Of a stretch of DNA of 60,556 nt, positions 1 through 9,035 are shown piece after piece. This DNA comes from Candidatus Moranbacteria bacterium RIFOXYB1_FULL_43_19 (GTDB lineage: Bacteria > Patescibacteriota > Minisyncoccia > Moranbacterales > UBA11712). The stretch spans positions 1 through 60,556 of the forward strand of contig MFSH01000006.1 in the NCBI GenBank assembly GCA_001784875.1. The letters run 5' to 3'. The notes under the pieces were generated by a model. It was not told the DNA's origin. It saw only the letters and a program-made list of their open reading frames with translations, and ran no database searches. Position 1 is the first letter of the stretch. Each line of letters starts with the position of its first letter. The position numbers were made by a program, and so were the translations under genes.

Positions 1-122
1 ATTGTTAGCTATCTCCAAGGTTAGATTTTAAATGATAAATCGAATAGAAGGAAACTTAGGTTTTGGATGATTTACTGCGAGAGCTTGAAAAAAATCAGGA
101 GATTTGCTAGTATTAGAAATAC

Positions 123-235
123 ACCCCCACACCAATCCGGGTAGAGCGCGCAAATTTATAATCAACGGAAAGCGAAGCGATTTCGCCTATCTGAAGTCGG
201 ATGATCAAGATACTTGCCAGGATTGTTGTGGGGGT
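123..235. mobile_element. MITE/REPIN-like element with 16-bp imperfect terminal inverted repeats
   Basis: ACCCCCACACCAATCC (123-138) vs GGATTGTTGTGGGGGT (220-235): 15/16 complementary; 113 bp, intergenic, no coding capacity. Confidence 0.65.
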
Positions 236-252
236 AAATTAACCACAAAAAT

Positions 253-510
253 ATGGCCGATCAAGAAGTGGGAAAAGTAATCCACTACTATGACAAGGCA
301 ATGGTGGCAGTGGTGAAGCTGGCAAAAAAAATCAAAGCCGGCGATCCGCTCAAAGTTGTGAAGGGAGAAAATGAGTTTGAGCTCACGGCGGATTCCATGC
401 AGCTCAACCACGAGCCGATAAGCGAGGGAAAACCCGGGGAAGAGGTGGCAATTAAGGTGCCAAGCCCGGCAAAAGAAGGAGCAATTGTTTTCAAGGTTGA
501 AGCTGCCTAA
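253..510 (+). CDS. Small beta-barrel protein, EF-Tu domain II-like / U32 C-terminal-like ('translation elongation factor-like protein')
   Basis: 85 aa; VGKVIHYYDKAMVAVVKL...IKAGD...SMQLNHEPISEGKPGEEVAIKV matches this family's pattern. Confidence 0.7.
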   Translation: MADQEVGKVIHYYDKAMVAVVKLAKKIKAGDPLKVVKGENEFELTADSMQLNHEPISEGKPGEEVAIKVPSPAKEGAIVFKVEAA

Positions 511-589
511 AAAGGACCGGGAGAATATTTTTCCGGGGTGGCAAAGAATACAACCCCGCTGTTTAATTTGTATCGCAAAATATTTTAAA

Positions 590-835
590 ATGAGTTCAAT
601 ACTTGAAAACTACTGGATTTTGATCCCGCTTATTATTTGGACACTTTTCTGGAAGGGCATTGCCCTTTGGAAGTCGGCGCGGCGCAGTGAAATGATTTGG
701 TTCGCCGCTCTTTTGGTCCTGAACACTCTTGGCATTCTTGAGATAATCTATTTTTTTTTCATTGCAAAAAATAAAACGGATGAAATTCAGCCCGACGCAA
801 GAATAGACGATCTTGTCAAAAAAAGAATTATTTAA
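590..835 (+). CDS. DUF5652-like small membrane protein
   Basis: LIIWTLFWKGIALWKSARRSEMIWFAALLVLNTLGILEIIY motif; start moved to ATG at 590 within ORF 485..835. Confidence 0.75.
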   Translation: MSSILENYWILIPLIIWTLFWKGIALWKSARRSEMIWFAALLVLNTLGILEIIYFFFIAKNKTDEIQPDARIDDLVKKRII

Positions 836-874
836 GTTCGCATACCAAAAAGTTAATTTATTTTTTCAAAAAAT

Positions 875-1150
875 ATGGCGAAAAAATCCAACATCGAGCC
901 TTTGGGCGAAAATGTCCTCATTGAACCGGCAAAGGCTGACCAAAAAACCGCCTCCGGCATCGTTCTCCCGGACACCAGCGAAGAAAAGCCGCAGGAAGGC
1001 CTGGTTGTCGCTGTCGGAACGGACAAAAAAATACGGGTCAAACCGGGACAAAAAGTGATTTATTCGAAATATTCCGGAAATGAAATAAAAGTCGGGGAAA
1101 CCGAATATCTGTTAGTGAAGAACGAGGATATTTTGGCGGTGGTGAAATAA
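875..1150 (+). CDS. groS: Co-chaperonin GroES
   Basis: IEPLGENVLIE, mobile loop KTASGIVLP, G.VVAVG, YSKYSGNEIK, EYLLVKNEDILA. Confidence 0.95.
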   Translation: MAKKSNIEPLGENVLIEPAKADQKTASGIVLPDTSEEKPQEGLVVAVGTDKKIRVKPGQKVIYSKYSGNEIKVGETEYLLVKNEDILAVVK

Positions 1151-1171
1151 GCTATACCGTTCCAAAAATAG

Positions 1172-1197
1172 AGACGCCCCTGGGGGGGCGTCTTTTT
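1172..1197 (+). terminator. Intrinsic terminator-like hairpin after groES
   Basis: AGACGCCCC-TGGG-GGGGCGTCT followed by TTTT, between convergent genes. Confidence 0.7.
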
Positions 1198-1238
1198 GAA
1201 GCAGAACAACAGGAAATATTTTTTTGAGAGCCAAATTC

Positions 1239-2069
1239 TTATTCGATTTTACCGCCCGCTTTTTTCCAGGCGTCGAGGCCTCCGTCCATCACAAAAACAT
1301 TGAAGAAGTTGAGGTCAAAAAGGATCACTGCCGCTTTGTTGGCGTCCTGCTCATTTTCGCCGTAAATTATAATTTTTTTTCCGGAAGAAATTGTTTTCTG
1401 GTCCTGCTCAAGAAGAGAAAGGGGGAGATTGGTCGCTTTGGGGACATGGCCGGAGTCGAATTTTTCTTTTTCCCTTAGATCAACAAACTGAATAAGCTCG
1501 TCTCCTCCCGCGAGGTCGCTGGCAATTTTTTCAACAGTGATTTTTTTGATCTTATTCTCGTCTCCCGGGGATTTCCCCTCCGAAACTAAAGTATATCCCT
1601 CGCTTCGCCAGTCTGCTATTCCTCCTCTAAGGTATTTTGCGTTTATAAAGCCGGCTGAAATGAGATTGTTCACAATTTTGGCGGTCTCAAAAACATCATT
1701 TCCTTCATTAAGTGTGATTATGGAGGCTGTTTTTTCCGCTCCAAGGAGGCCAAACTGCCTTTCGAGGTCTTTCCCGAACGGCAAATTCACCGCTCCAGCT
1801 ATGTGGCCCTTTGAAAATTCATCGGCGCTCCGCAGGTCAACGATGAATATTTTTTCATTGATGCCAGCCTGATCAGAAAAATCTTTTATGGTAATCGTCG
1901 GAGCCCTGAGAATTTCTTCGTTGATTTTTGTGTCTTCTTTTTCTTTCTCTGAATTTTTGAAAATAATCGGGCGGGCGAGAGACCAGGCCACAACTGCCAA
2001 GATCAAAACGAATCCCAGAAAGAATACCTTGTTCTGATTTTTTGGTTGAAATATCGGATTATTTTTCAT
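1239..2069 (-). CDS. Membrane-anchored tandem rhodanese-domain protein lacking catalytic Cys
   Basis: N-terminal TM helix; two domains with VDLR..EF..GHI/V.GA.N.P and L.GG...W motifs; no Cys anywhere in the 276 aa. Confidence 0.8.
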   Translation of the reverse strand: MKNNPIFQPKNQNKVFFLGFVLILAVVAWSLARPIIFKNSEKEKEDTKINEEILRAPTITIKDFSDQAGINEKIFIVDLRSADEFSKGHIAGAVNLPFGKDLERQFGLLGAEKTASIITLNEGNDVFETAKIVNNLISAGFINAKYLRGGIADWRSEGYTLVSEGKSPGDENKIKKITVEKIASDLAGGDELIQFVDLREKEKFDSGHVPKATNLPLSLLEQDQKTISSGKKIIIYGENEQDANKAAVILFDLNFFNVFVMDGGLDAWKKAGGKIE

Positions 2070-2084
2070 TTTGTTTTGATTTTC

Positions 2085-3041
2085 CTAAACTAAAACGCTG
2101 TTTAAAAATTCCTTGTTTCCTTTGGCAAAATCTTCCGCGTCCGTTATTTTTTTTCCTTCAAGCTGTATCTTTTCCAATATTATAAACCCCTTTCCCGTCT
2201 GAACGGCTATTTTGCTGTTGTATTTTACCACTTTTCCCGGAATTTCTCCAATGATCTTTTCTTCCGCCAATCCTATTTCCACGAGTTTAAGCCTTTTTTT
2301 GCCATTTTTCATCGGAAGGAAAGTGAATATTCCCGGCCAGCGAAAATAAGCTCGCCATTTCCTGAAAATTTTTTCTGCCGGATCGTTCCAGTTGATTTTT
2401 CCGTCTTCTTTTTTGACCGTCCGGCAATAAGCGGCTTCTTTTTCATTTTGCCGGGTTCCTTTGATTGCTCCGCCGATCCAGAGAGGGAGAGTCTCGACCA
2501 AAATCTTTCCCCCTGCCCGGGCCAGTTTCTCGGTCAAGGAGAGCGTATTTTCATCGGCTTCAATCCCAATTTCTTCCTGGTTTATGATTTCTCCGCTGTC
2601 CATCTTTTCGTTCATCAGCATCAGCGTTATGCCCGTCTTTTTTTCACCAGAAAGTATCGCTTCCTGGACAGGAGAGGCTCCGCGGAACTTTGGGAGGAGG
2701 GAAGCATGGATGTTTATGGCGCCGAATTTTGGAATTTCAAGAATACCCTTGGGAAGAATTTTTCCATAAGCGGCGACAACAATAAGATCCGGGCGCATTT
2801 GGGATATTTCATCTTTTGCCTTTCCGCGTTCCAAATTTTGCGGCTCAAAAACGGGAATGGACTTTTTTTCGGCCAATTCCTTAGCAGCTGACTTTTTCAT
2901 TTCTTGCGACCTTCCAAATTTTTTATCCGGCTGAGTGAAAACAGCGGAAATATTGTATTTACTTTCGATCAATGTTTGCAAAATCTCCGCCGCAAATTTC
3001 GGTGTGCCGAAAAAAACAATTTTTGTTTCTTGTGGATTCAT
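2085..3041 (-). CDS. fmt: Methionyl-tRNA formyltransferase
   Basis: FFGTPKFA, VVAAYGKILP, INIHASLLPKFRGASPVQ, MDSG motifs. Confidence 0.97.
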   Translation of the reverse strand: MNPQETKIVFFGTPKFAAEILQTLIESKYNISAVFTQPDKKFGRSQEMKKSAAKELAEKKSIPVFEPQNLERGKAKDEISQMRPDLIVVAAYGKILPKGILEIPKFGAINIHASLLPKFRGASPVQEAILSGEKKTGITLMLMNEKMDSGEIINQEEIGIEADENTLSLTEKLARAGGKILVETLPLWIGGAIKGTRQNEKEAAYCRTVKKEDGKINWNDPAEKIFRKWRAYFRWPGIFTFLPMKNGKKRLKLVEIGLAEEKIIGEIPGKVVKYNSKIAVQTGKGFIILEKIQLEGKKITDAEDFAKGNKEFLNSVLV

Positions 3042-3071
3042 GGCACAGTCTTTTTGTAGTTCGTAGAGATA

Positions 3072-3512
3072 TTACTTTATTGCTCTGTCAATAACCAAAA
3101 TTCCGTCAAGATGGTCGATCTCATGCTGAAGAACGCGCGCCAGGAGGCCGTTGGCTTTGATTTTTATTTTTTCCCCGCTCAGATCCCTGGCTTTGATTTT
3201 CACTTTTATCGGCCGCTCGACCGGAAAAAACTTTCCCGGGAAACTGAGACAGCCCTCTTCAAAAATTTCTTTTTTTCGGGAAGAAGATTTTATCTTCGGA
3301 TTGATCAAAGTGTGGACCGTATCATCAACCCGGACAACGCATATCCGAAGATCCGATCCCACTTGCGGCGCAGCCAGACCGATTCCTTTTTCCGCTTCCA
3401 TTGTTTTCACCATATCGGAAACCAGCCTCGGGAGATCGGGGTTTTTGAAATCTTCGACTTCCCGCGCCTTTTTGCGCAGAAAATCATCTGGATATTTTAG
3501 GACTTTAAGCAT
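3072..3512 (-). CDS. def: Peptide deformylase
   Basis: GIGLAAPQVG, EGCLS, QHEIDHLDG motifs. Confidence 0.98.
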   Translation of the reverse strand: MLKVLKYPDDFLRKKAREVEDFKNPDLPRLVSDMVKTMEAEKGIGLAAPQVGSDLRICVVRVDDTVHTLINPKIKSSSRKKEIFEEGCLSFPGKFFPVERPIKVKIKARDLSGEKIKIKANGLLARVLQHEIDHLDGILVIDRAIK

Positions 3513-3524
3513 CGCTTTGTTGCT

Positions 3525-5459
3525 CTAAATCGTTGATATCGGGTCCACATCAATAGCCCAGCCCTTTTTGAGCCCTCCCAGAAACGGAAAAATAGGCAGT
3601 TTTCTGATATCAGCGCCGGGCTTGGCTTTCAGCAATATGTTTTTGTAGTAGCAGCCTCTTTTCTTCGCTGAAAAAGGCTCGTAGGGCTCGCTTATATCAA
3701 TATTACTATCCGAAAGCGCATGAAGCAAGCTAAATACTTTTTGGGACTCGGCGTCAATTTTTTTCTTGTCTTTTTCGCGATAGAATATCTTCACCAGCCT
3801 GGAAAAGGGAGGGGCGGACGTTTTCTTCCTTTCCTTCAATTCTTTATCAAAAAATATTTCGTAATTTTTTTCTTGAAACGATGTGAGCAAGAAATTATCC
3901 GGATAAGTTGTTTGGACAAGCAAAATTCCGTCTCTTTTCGCCAGGCTTTCGGCCTGTCCCAGCAGCGAAAAAACCAATTCTCTCGAGTTGAAATCAGAAA
4001 TACTTCCCAAGTCGTCGAAACTGGGAAAAGAAACCAGATCAAATTCGCAAAGGCTGCCGGATTTCAAGGCGACCTGGGTGCCAACAAGAATATCGAAATC
4101 TCCATTTTCCAGGGCTTTCAAAACTCTCACACTTTCCTTTTTTGATTTTGAAACGCCTGAATCGAGACGCAAAACACGCGCTGAAGGAAAAAGCCTCATG
4201 ATTTTTTTTTCAACGATTTGAAGTCCTACTCCCTGATGCGAAAACTGGCAAGATCCGCATGTTGGGCAGGCGCTCAAAAGATCAATTTTATGGCGGCAAT
4301 GAAGGCATCGGTACTCTTCCTTTTCCTCGAAATAGACCAGGGCCCGGTCACAGTCCGGACAGCGCAAAACCGTTTTGCAACTTCGACAGACCGAATAGCT
4401 TGAAAATCCTTTGCGATTCACAACGAGAAGCGCTTTCTTGTTTTTTTCTATCGCATTTGAAAGCAAGCCATACAATTCTTTCCCGATAGGAAAATCCACC
4501 CCTTTCCTTTCCTTGAAAATATTTGATACTTCGATTTTGGGCTTTGCCGGATTCTCTGCGCCAATGCCAATTATTTTTAAACTTTCTTCCTTTTTTCTTT
4601 TCCATATTTCTACCGAAGGGACAGAATTTGAATATATTATTTTTGCCTTGTGAATGTCTGCCAGCGCCCTGGCTACCTGCGCCGCATTATATCTCGGATT
4701 CATATCCCACTGTTTGTGGGATATGTCCGCCGACTCCTCGACAAAAACCGCTCCCAAGTCGTGAAAAGGAAGAAAGAGGCCCATTTTTGTGGCAACGATT
4801 ATTTTTGCGCTGCCGCTTTTGACTTTTTCCCAGGCTTCGAAAATTTCTCCTTTTGAAATCGCCCCGTGGACCAAAGCAATTTCTTCTTCCGGAAAGTATT
4901 TTTTGAGCTTTTCGAAGAGAGCGGCGGCGGAAAATATTTCCGAGGCAAGATAAAGAAACTGCTTCTTTTTTTTCTGCATTTTTTCCATAGCCAAAAAAGC
5001 GACCTGGTCTCTTTCTTTTTTGGATCCGATGAGCGCGAATTCCTGGTCTCTAGATTTCACTATTTCTTTCGGCCAGCCGCTATTTTCCAGATTTTCCAGT
5101 CTCGTTGTTCCACCCCTTTCTCTCTTTTTTGTTTTTGCTATTTTCGGAATCATCATCTTGAAGGCTGTCCCAAGAGAAGAGAGGTAGGTGTCAGCCAATC
5201 TTTTCGCCAGTTCAATCTGTTTTTTAGAAACCATTCCTTCCCGGATTATTTTTTTCACTTTCTTTAGCTCAAAATTTCCCTTTCGGGGAAAATCGTTCCG
5301 GCTTTCCAGCGCAATTCCCAAAATTACCCGGCTGAAAAAGGGAACTTCTACCAAACTTCCGCGCTTGATTGGTTCATGGAACAAATACGAAAAAACCTGC
5401 GTTCTCGCGATTGGCAGGCGAATGAGAGGAACCACTTGTATGATAAAATCTTTTTTCAT
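3525..5459 (-). CDS. priA: Primosomal protein N' (degenerate helicase motifs)
   Basis: VEVPF N-terminus, four CxxC pairs, NRKGFSS, ILVGTQ, PPFSRL; priA-def-fmt synteny. Confidence 0.9.
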   Translation of the reverse strand: MKKDFIIQVVPLIRLPIARTQVFSYLFHEPIKRGSLVEVPFFSRVILGIALESRNDFPRKGNFELKKVKKIIREGMVSKKQIELAKRLADTYLSSLGTAFKMMIPKIAKTKKRERGGTTRLENLENSGWPKEIVKSRDQEFALIGSKKERDQVAFLAMEKMQKKKKQFLYLASEIFSAAALFEKLKKYFPEEEIALVHGAISKGEIFEAWEKVKSGSAKIIVATKMGLFLPFHDLGAVFVEESADISHKQWDMNPRYNAAQVARALADIHKAKIIYSNSVPSVEIWKRKKEESLKIIGIGAENPAKPKIEVSNIFKERKGVDFPIGKELYGLLSNAIEKNKKALLVVNRKGFSSYSVCRSCKTVLRCPDCDRALVYFEEKEEYRCLHCRHKIDLLSACPTCGSCQFSHQGVGLQIVEKKIMRLFPSARVLRLDSGVSKSKKESVRVLKALENGDFDILVGTQVALKSGSLCEFDLVSFPSFDDLGSISDFNSRELVFSLLGQAESLAKRDGILLVQTTYPDNFLLTSFQEKNYEIFFDKELKERKKTSAPPFSRLVKIFYREKDKKKIDAESQKVFSLLHALSDSNIDISEPYEPFSAKKRGCYYKNILLKAKPGADIRKLPIFPFLGGLKKGWAIDVDPISTI

Positions 5460-5462
5460 TTT

Positions 5463-5987
5463 TTATTCCTCGGAATATTTTTTGACTAAAAACCGGAAAA
5501 AGTCCAGCTTCTTTTCGGTCGCCAGATTTATGCCGGCCTTCTCGGAAGCGATGGAAATCTGTTGCCAGGCAGTTTCGATTGCTTCAAGGCCGGGCAGCAG
5601 CAATCCGCACCGCCCGTCAGGAGCTTTCACAATAACACCGTATTTTTTCGGGTCAAGGCTTTCAGGATTTGCAATTTTTTCCGGCTCGCTCAAGATGCTG
5701 ACTTCGATGGATAATTTCGGCAATTCCTCCGGACTCACAGGAAAGAAACGATTATCCTGAGAACAAGCGGTAACGGCGTTCAGAACGATTTCTTCGGCCA
5801 GATTTTTGTGGACCGGGAGATATGTGCCGATACATCCCCGCAATTCTTTGCCTTTATGAATACTCACGAAAACTCCATTTTTTTTCTCATAAAATTCCGG
5901 CGGCAAGTTGTCCGGAATATCGATAATTTTTCGGTGCTTGATGTATTTCTCTATCGCTCTTCGCGCTAATTTTGCGTATTCGTTCAT
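5463..5987 (-). CDS. amrA: AmmeMemoRadiSam system protein A (AMMECR1 family)
   Basis: GVFVSIHKGKELRGCIGT, DNRFFPV, IEVSILS, GLLLP motifs. Confidence 0.93.
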   Translation of the reverse strand: MNEYAKLARRAIEKYIKHRKIIDIPDNLPPEFYEKKNGVFVSIHKGKELRGCIGTYLPVHKNLAEEIVLNAVTACSQDNRFFPVSPEELPKLSIEVSILSEPEKIANPESLDPKKYGVIVKAPDGRCGLLLPGLEAIETAWQQISIASEKAGINLATEKKLDFFRFLVKKYSEE

Positions 5988-6005
5988 TTTGAAATGAATT
6001 GATCT

Positions 6006-6803
6006 TTATTTAATATTCAAGTTAACAACCATATACCCGACTCCGAACGGCGCTTCGTAGCTCAAGGATTTCACCTCCCATCTCAAATTTTCCAGAGCCC
6101 CCAAAAGCATGATAATCGACCTTAGTCCGCATTCCCCGGCGTCTTCAATAAGATACGGATCAAGATTGAGAATCCCCTTGGTATTTTTCCGCCGGATAAG
6201 ATCAGCAAGTGTCCTGTCGAAGATTCTTCCCTGGGGCGAATAGCCAGCCGGAGAGTCGGAAGTGACCCGGTGCGACAAGTCGCCGCTGGCAATGAAAGAA
6301 ACTATTTTGGGACTGCTCTCGAGAACTTTTCCCAAAACTTCTCCGAAATGGAAATGATAGTCAAAAGGCAACATGGAAAAAGACATATGGATAAGCCGCG
6401 GATTATAGCTTACGTCCTTTTCACTGATCAGATAGTGAAGGGGGACCAGCGCGCCATGGTCAAGTTCCAATTCTCTCGCCAGGCCGACCGGCAAGTGGGA
6501 TGAGCGGCAGTTTTTTACTATTTCGTCAATGAGCTCGCGGTCGTTTTCGAAGATGAATTTTCTATGGTCGCCGAAAGAGGAAAGATCGCCGCGAAGGGTG
6601 GGGGAGTAGTTTATAATGAACTTGTCGTATTGGACCGGTCCGTGGGGCGAAACAATCACAATCGTGTCCGCTTTCACGGAGCGGAATTTTTCTCCCGCCG
6701 CTTTCATCGCGTTCACGGTCTTTCGGCACAAATTCAAGTTGCTCCGGCCGATAGTCGGAATGATGATAGGCGGATGGGGGGTAATGGCGGCATATCTAAT
6801 CAT
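6006..6803 (-). CDS. amrB: AmmeMemoRadiSam system protein B (MEMO1 / extradiol dioxygenase-like)
   Basis: PHPP, SPHG, LDHGALVPL, ASGDLSH, ECG, SYEAPFGVGY motifs. Confidence 0.9.
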   Translation of the reverse strand: MIRYAAITPHPPIIIPTIGRSNLNLCRKTVNAMKAAGEKFRSVKADTIVIVSPHGPVQYDKFIINYSPTLRGDLSSFGDHRKFIFENDRELIDEIVKNCRSSHLPVGLARELELDHGALVPLHYLISEKDVSYNPRLIHMSFSMLPFDYHFHFGEVLGKVLESSPKIVSFIASGDLSHRVTSDSPAGYSPQGRIFDRTLADLIRRKNTKGILNLDPYLIEDAGECGLRSIIMLLGALENLRWEVKSLSYEAPFGVGYMVVNLNIK

Positions 6804-7696
6804 ATGTTTCCCGTATAAACATGCTTGAGTCCGGCTTTTTTTCCGATTTCACAGGCTTCTTTCACTTTTTCAACTGGCGTTTCGGAAAGGCGCTGGAGTT
6901 TCCAGGAGATGGCTCCCGAAAAAGCGCTCACGTGCCAGGGAACAAAATCACCCAGTTCTTTTCTGATGAAATTGGCAATTTTTTCAAGCATTTTTTTGTC
7001 GTCCGATAATTTTGGGATTATAAGGGTTGTAATCTCCAGCCAAATCTTTTTTTTCACAATCTCCTTGCAGTTTTCGAGAACCGGCTTGAGCCGGGCTCCG
7101 CAATTTTCAAGGTAGAATTTGTCATCGAAGGACTTGATGTCTATGTTTATGGCGTCGAGATAGGGCGCCACAAGCTCCAGAGTTTCCGGGCTCATAAAAC
7201 CGTTGGAAACCCAGATATTTTTGAGCCCCGCTTTTCTGGCCAGCTTCATGGTGTCAAGGGCATATTCGAGAAAGATTGTCGGTTCGGTGTAGGTATAGGA
7301 GATGCTCGGGCATCCGCTTTCCTTTGCCAGCCGGACAACTTCTTTCGGCGGAAGATTTTCTCCGCTTCCCGCGATCATCTCGCGGGTTGCTTTCCGACTT
7401 TTCGAAAATTGGGAAATTTGCCAATTCTGGCAGTTCCCACAGCGGAAATTGCACCCGACAGTGGCGATGGAAAAGGTGAATGTACCGGGCAAAAAATGAT
7501 AAAGCGGTTTTTTTTCCACCGGATCAATGCTGGCCGCAACAGCCCTTCCATAAGCGAGGAAGTATAGTTTTCCGTCCACATTCTCCCGCACTCCGCAAAC
7601 TCCGCGATGCCCCGGCGCCACTAGACAGAAATGATTGCAGGTTTTGCATCGGACATTATTATTTCCTAATCTTTCGTATAAAACGGATTCTTTCAT
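6800..7696 (-). CDS. amrS: AmmeMemoRadiSam system radical SAM enzyme
   Basis: N-terminal C..C...C zinc-like motif, DPVEKKPLYHF, CNFRCGNCQN (CxxxCxxC), YTYTEPTI. Confidence 0.95.
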   Translation of the reverse strand: MKESVLYERLGNNNVRCKTCNHFCLVAPGHRGVCGVRENVDGKLYFLAYGRAVAASIDPVEKKPLYHFLPGTFTFSIATVGCNFRCGNCQNWQISQFSKSRKATREMIAGSGENLPPKEVVRLAKESGCPSISYTYTEPTIFLEYALDTMKLARKAGLKNIWVSNGFMSPETLELVAPYLDAINIDIKSFDDKFYLENCGARLKPVLENCKEIVKKKIWLEITTLIIPKLSDDKKMLEKIANFIRKELGDFVPWHVSAFSGAISWKLQRLSETPVEKVKEACEIGKKAGLKHVYTGNI

Positions 7697-7775
7697 AATT
7701 TGCCTAAATGCGAAATATTTAATACAATCTTATCATAATCAACTTTTATTTTCAAAAAATATCCGCATCAAATTT

Positions 7776-8150
7776 ATGAATAAAGCAGAAACCGGAAAAA
7801 TTATTGAGCTGGCCCCGATTCGAAGACATAGGGAATATGAAAAACAAAAGTCTGAAATCCAAAAAACTGTGGAGTTCGGCAGTATTGCGCAAGTTGTGGA
7901 AATGATAGAAAACGGAGAAGTCGACCAAAAAATGCTTTTCAAGCGCAAAAATTCAACCGAAACAGAATTGTTTATGTTGAAAAAAATATGCGAATTAATG
8001 GAGCAAACTGACATTGATGCGCAATCTCAAGATCGGGCGGAAAGCGAAATTGCGCTTTTGAAAGAAGAACGAAATGATCTTAAACGACAGTTAGTGAAAG
8101 CAAAACAAATAATCGAAAGATTGGCTTCGAGGAAAGATACTAATACATAA
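7776..8150 (+). CDS. Hypothetical protein with C-terminal coiled coil
   Basis: 124 aa from ATG 7776; fills the gap between amrS and folD; heptad-like EIALLKEERNDLKRQLVKAKQIIERL. Confidence 0.65.
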   Translation: MNKAETGKIIELAPIRRHREYEKQKSEIQKTVEFGSIAQVVEMIENGEVDQKMLFKRKNSTETELFMLKKICELMEQTDIDAQSQDRAESEIALLKEERNDLKRQLVKAKQIIERLASRKDTNT

Positions 8151-8172
8151 CACCTTTTTCAGACTCATAAAT

Positions 8173-9006
8173 ATGGCTCTCCTCGACGGCAAAAAGCTGG
8201 CCGGAAAAATTATCCGGGATCTCAAAAAGCAGGTTTCGCGCCGAAAAAAGAAGCCTGTTTTGGCAATGGTTTTGGTCGGAAGCGATCCGGCGTCTTCGAT
8301 TTATGTCCGGCGAAAAGGCATATTTTGCGAAGAAGCGGGGATTATATCAAAAACCTTGAGGCTTCCCGCCGATACTTCCGAGAAAAAACTTCTGGCGATT
8401 ATAAATAAGTTGAATAAAGACAAAAACGTTTCCGCTATTATGGTCCAACTTCCACTTCCGAAACATATCAACAAGACCAAAATTATCGAAAGTATTGATC
8501 CCAAAAAAGACGCTGACTGCCTCCACCCGGAAAATTTTGGCAAGTTCGTGCAGGCCAATGAGGAATATTCAATTGTTGCCCCGGCCACGCCTTTTGGAAT
8601 CGTGAGGCTTCTTGAAGAATATAAAGTGAAAATTGAGGGCAAGCACGCCATCGTTGTCGGACGCTCAAATATCGTTGGGAAGCCAGTCGCCCAATTGCTC
8701 TTGAACCGCGGAGCGACTGTCACTGTCTGCCACCGCCATACGAAGAACTTGGCCGCTTTCACGCGCCAGGCGGACATTCTTGTCGTTGCTGCCGGGAAAA
8801 GAAATTTGATTCGGGCCAATATGGTCAAGAGAGGGGCGATTGTGATTGACGTCGGCGTCAACCATGTCGGAAAGAAAATTTTCGGTGATGTTGATTTTGG
8901 GAGTGTCTCGAAAAAAGCCTCGTATATTACTCCTGTTCCGGGAGGCGTAGGGCCAGTGACAATTGCGATGCTTTTGTGGAACACGGTGAGATTGGCGAAA
9001 AAATAG
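8173..9006 (+). CDS. folD: Bifunctional methylenetetrahydrofolate dehydrogenase/cyclohydrolase
   Basis: LLDGK, MVQLPLP, KDADCLH, GRSNIVGKP, ITPVPGGVGPVT. Confidence 0.97.
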   Translation: MALLDGKKLAGKIIRDLKKQVSRRKKKPVLAMVLVGSDPASSIYVRRKGIFCEEAGIISKTLRLPADTSEKKLLAIINKLNKDKNVSAIMVQLPLPKHINKTKIIESIDPKKDADCLHPENFGKFVQANEEYSIVAPATPFGIVRLLEEYKVKIEGKHAIVVGRSNIVGKPVAQLLLNRGATVTVCHRHTKNLAAFTRQADILVVAAGKRNLIRANMVKRGAIVIDVGVNHVGKKIFGDVDFGSVSKKASYITPVPGGVGPVTIAMLLWNTVRLAKK

Positions 9007-9035
9007 AATTTTTTAGTCGTCCTGACAAAACTTTC

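Noticed and set aside
1-122. Possible gene end or small ORF at the left edge
   Set aside because: All frames close within a few codons; there is no supportable call.
534-558. Hairpin CGGGGT...ACCCCG after the first gene
   Set aside because: A 6-bp stem with a long loop and a weak U-tract is insufficient to call a terminator or element.
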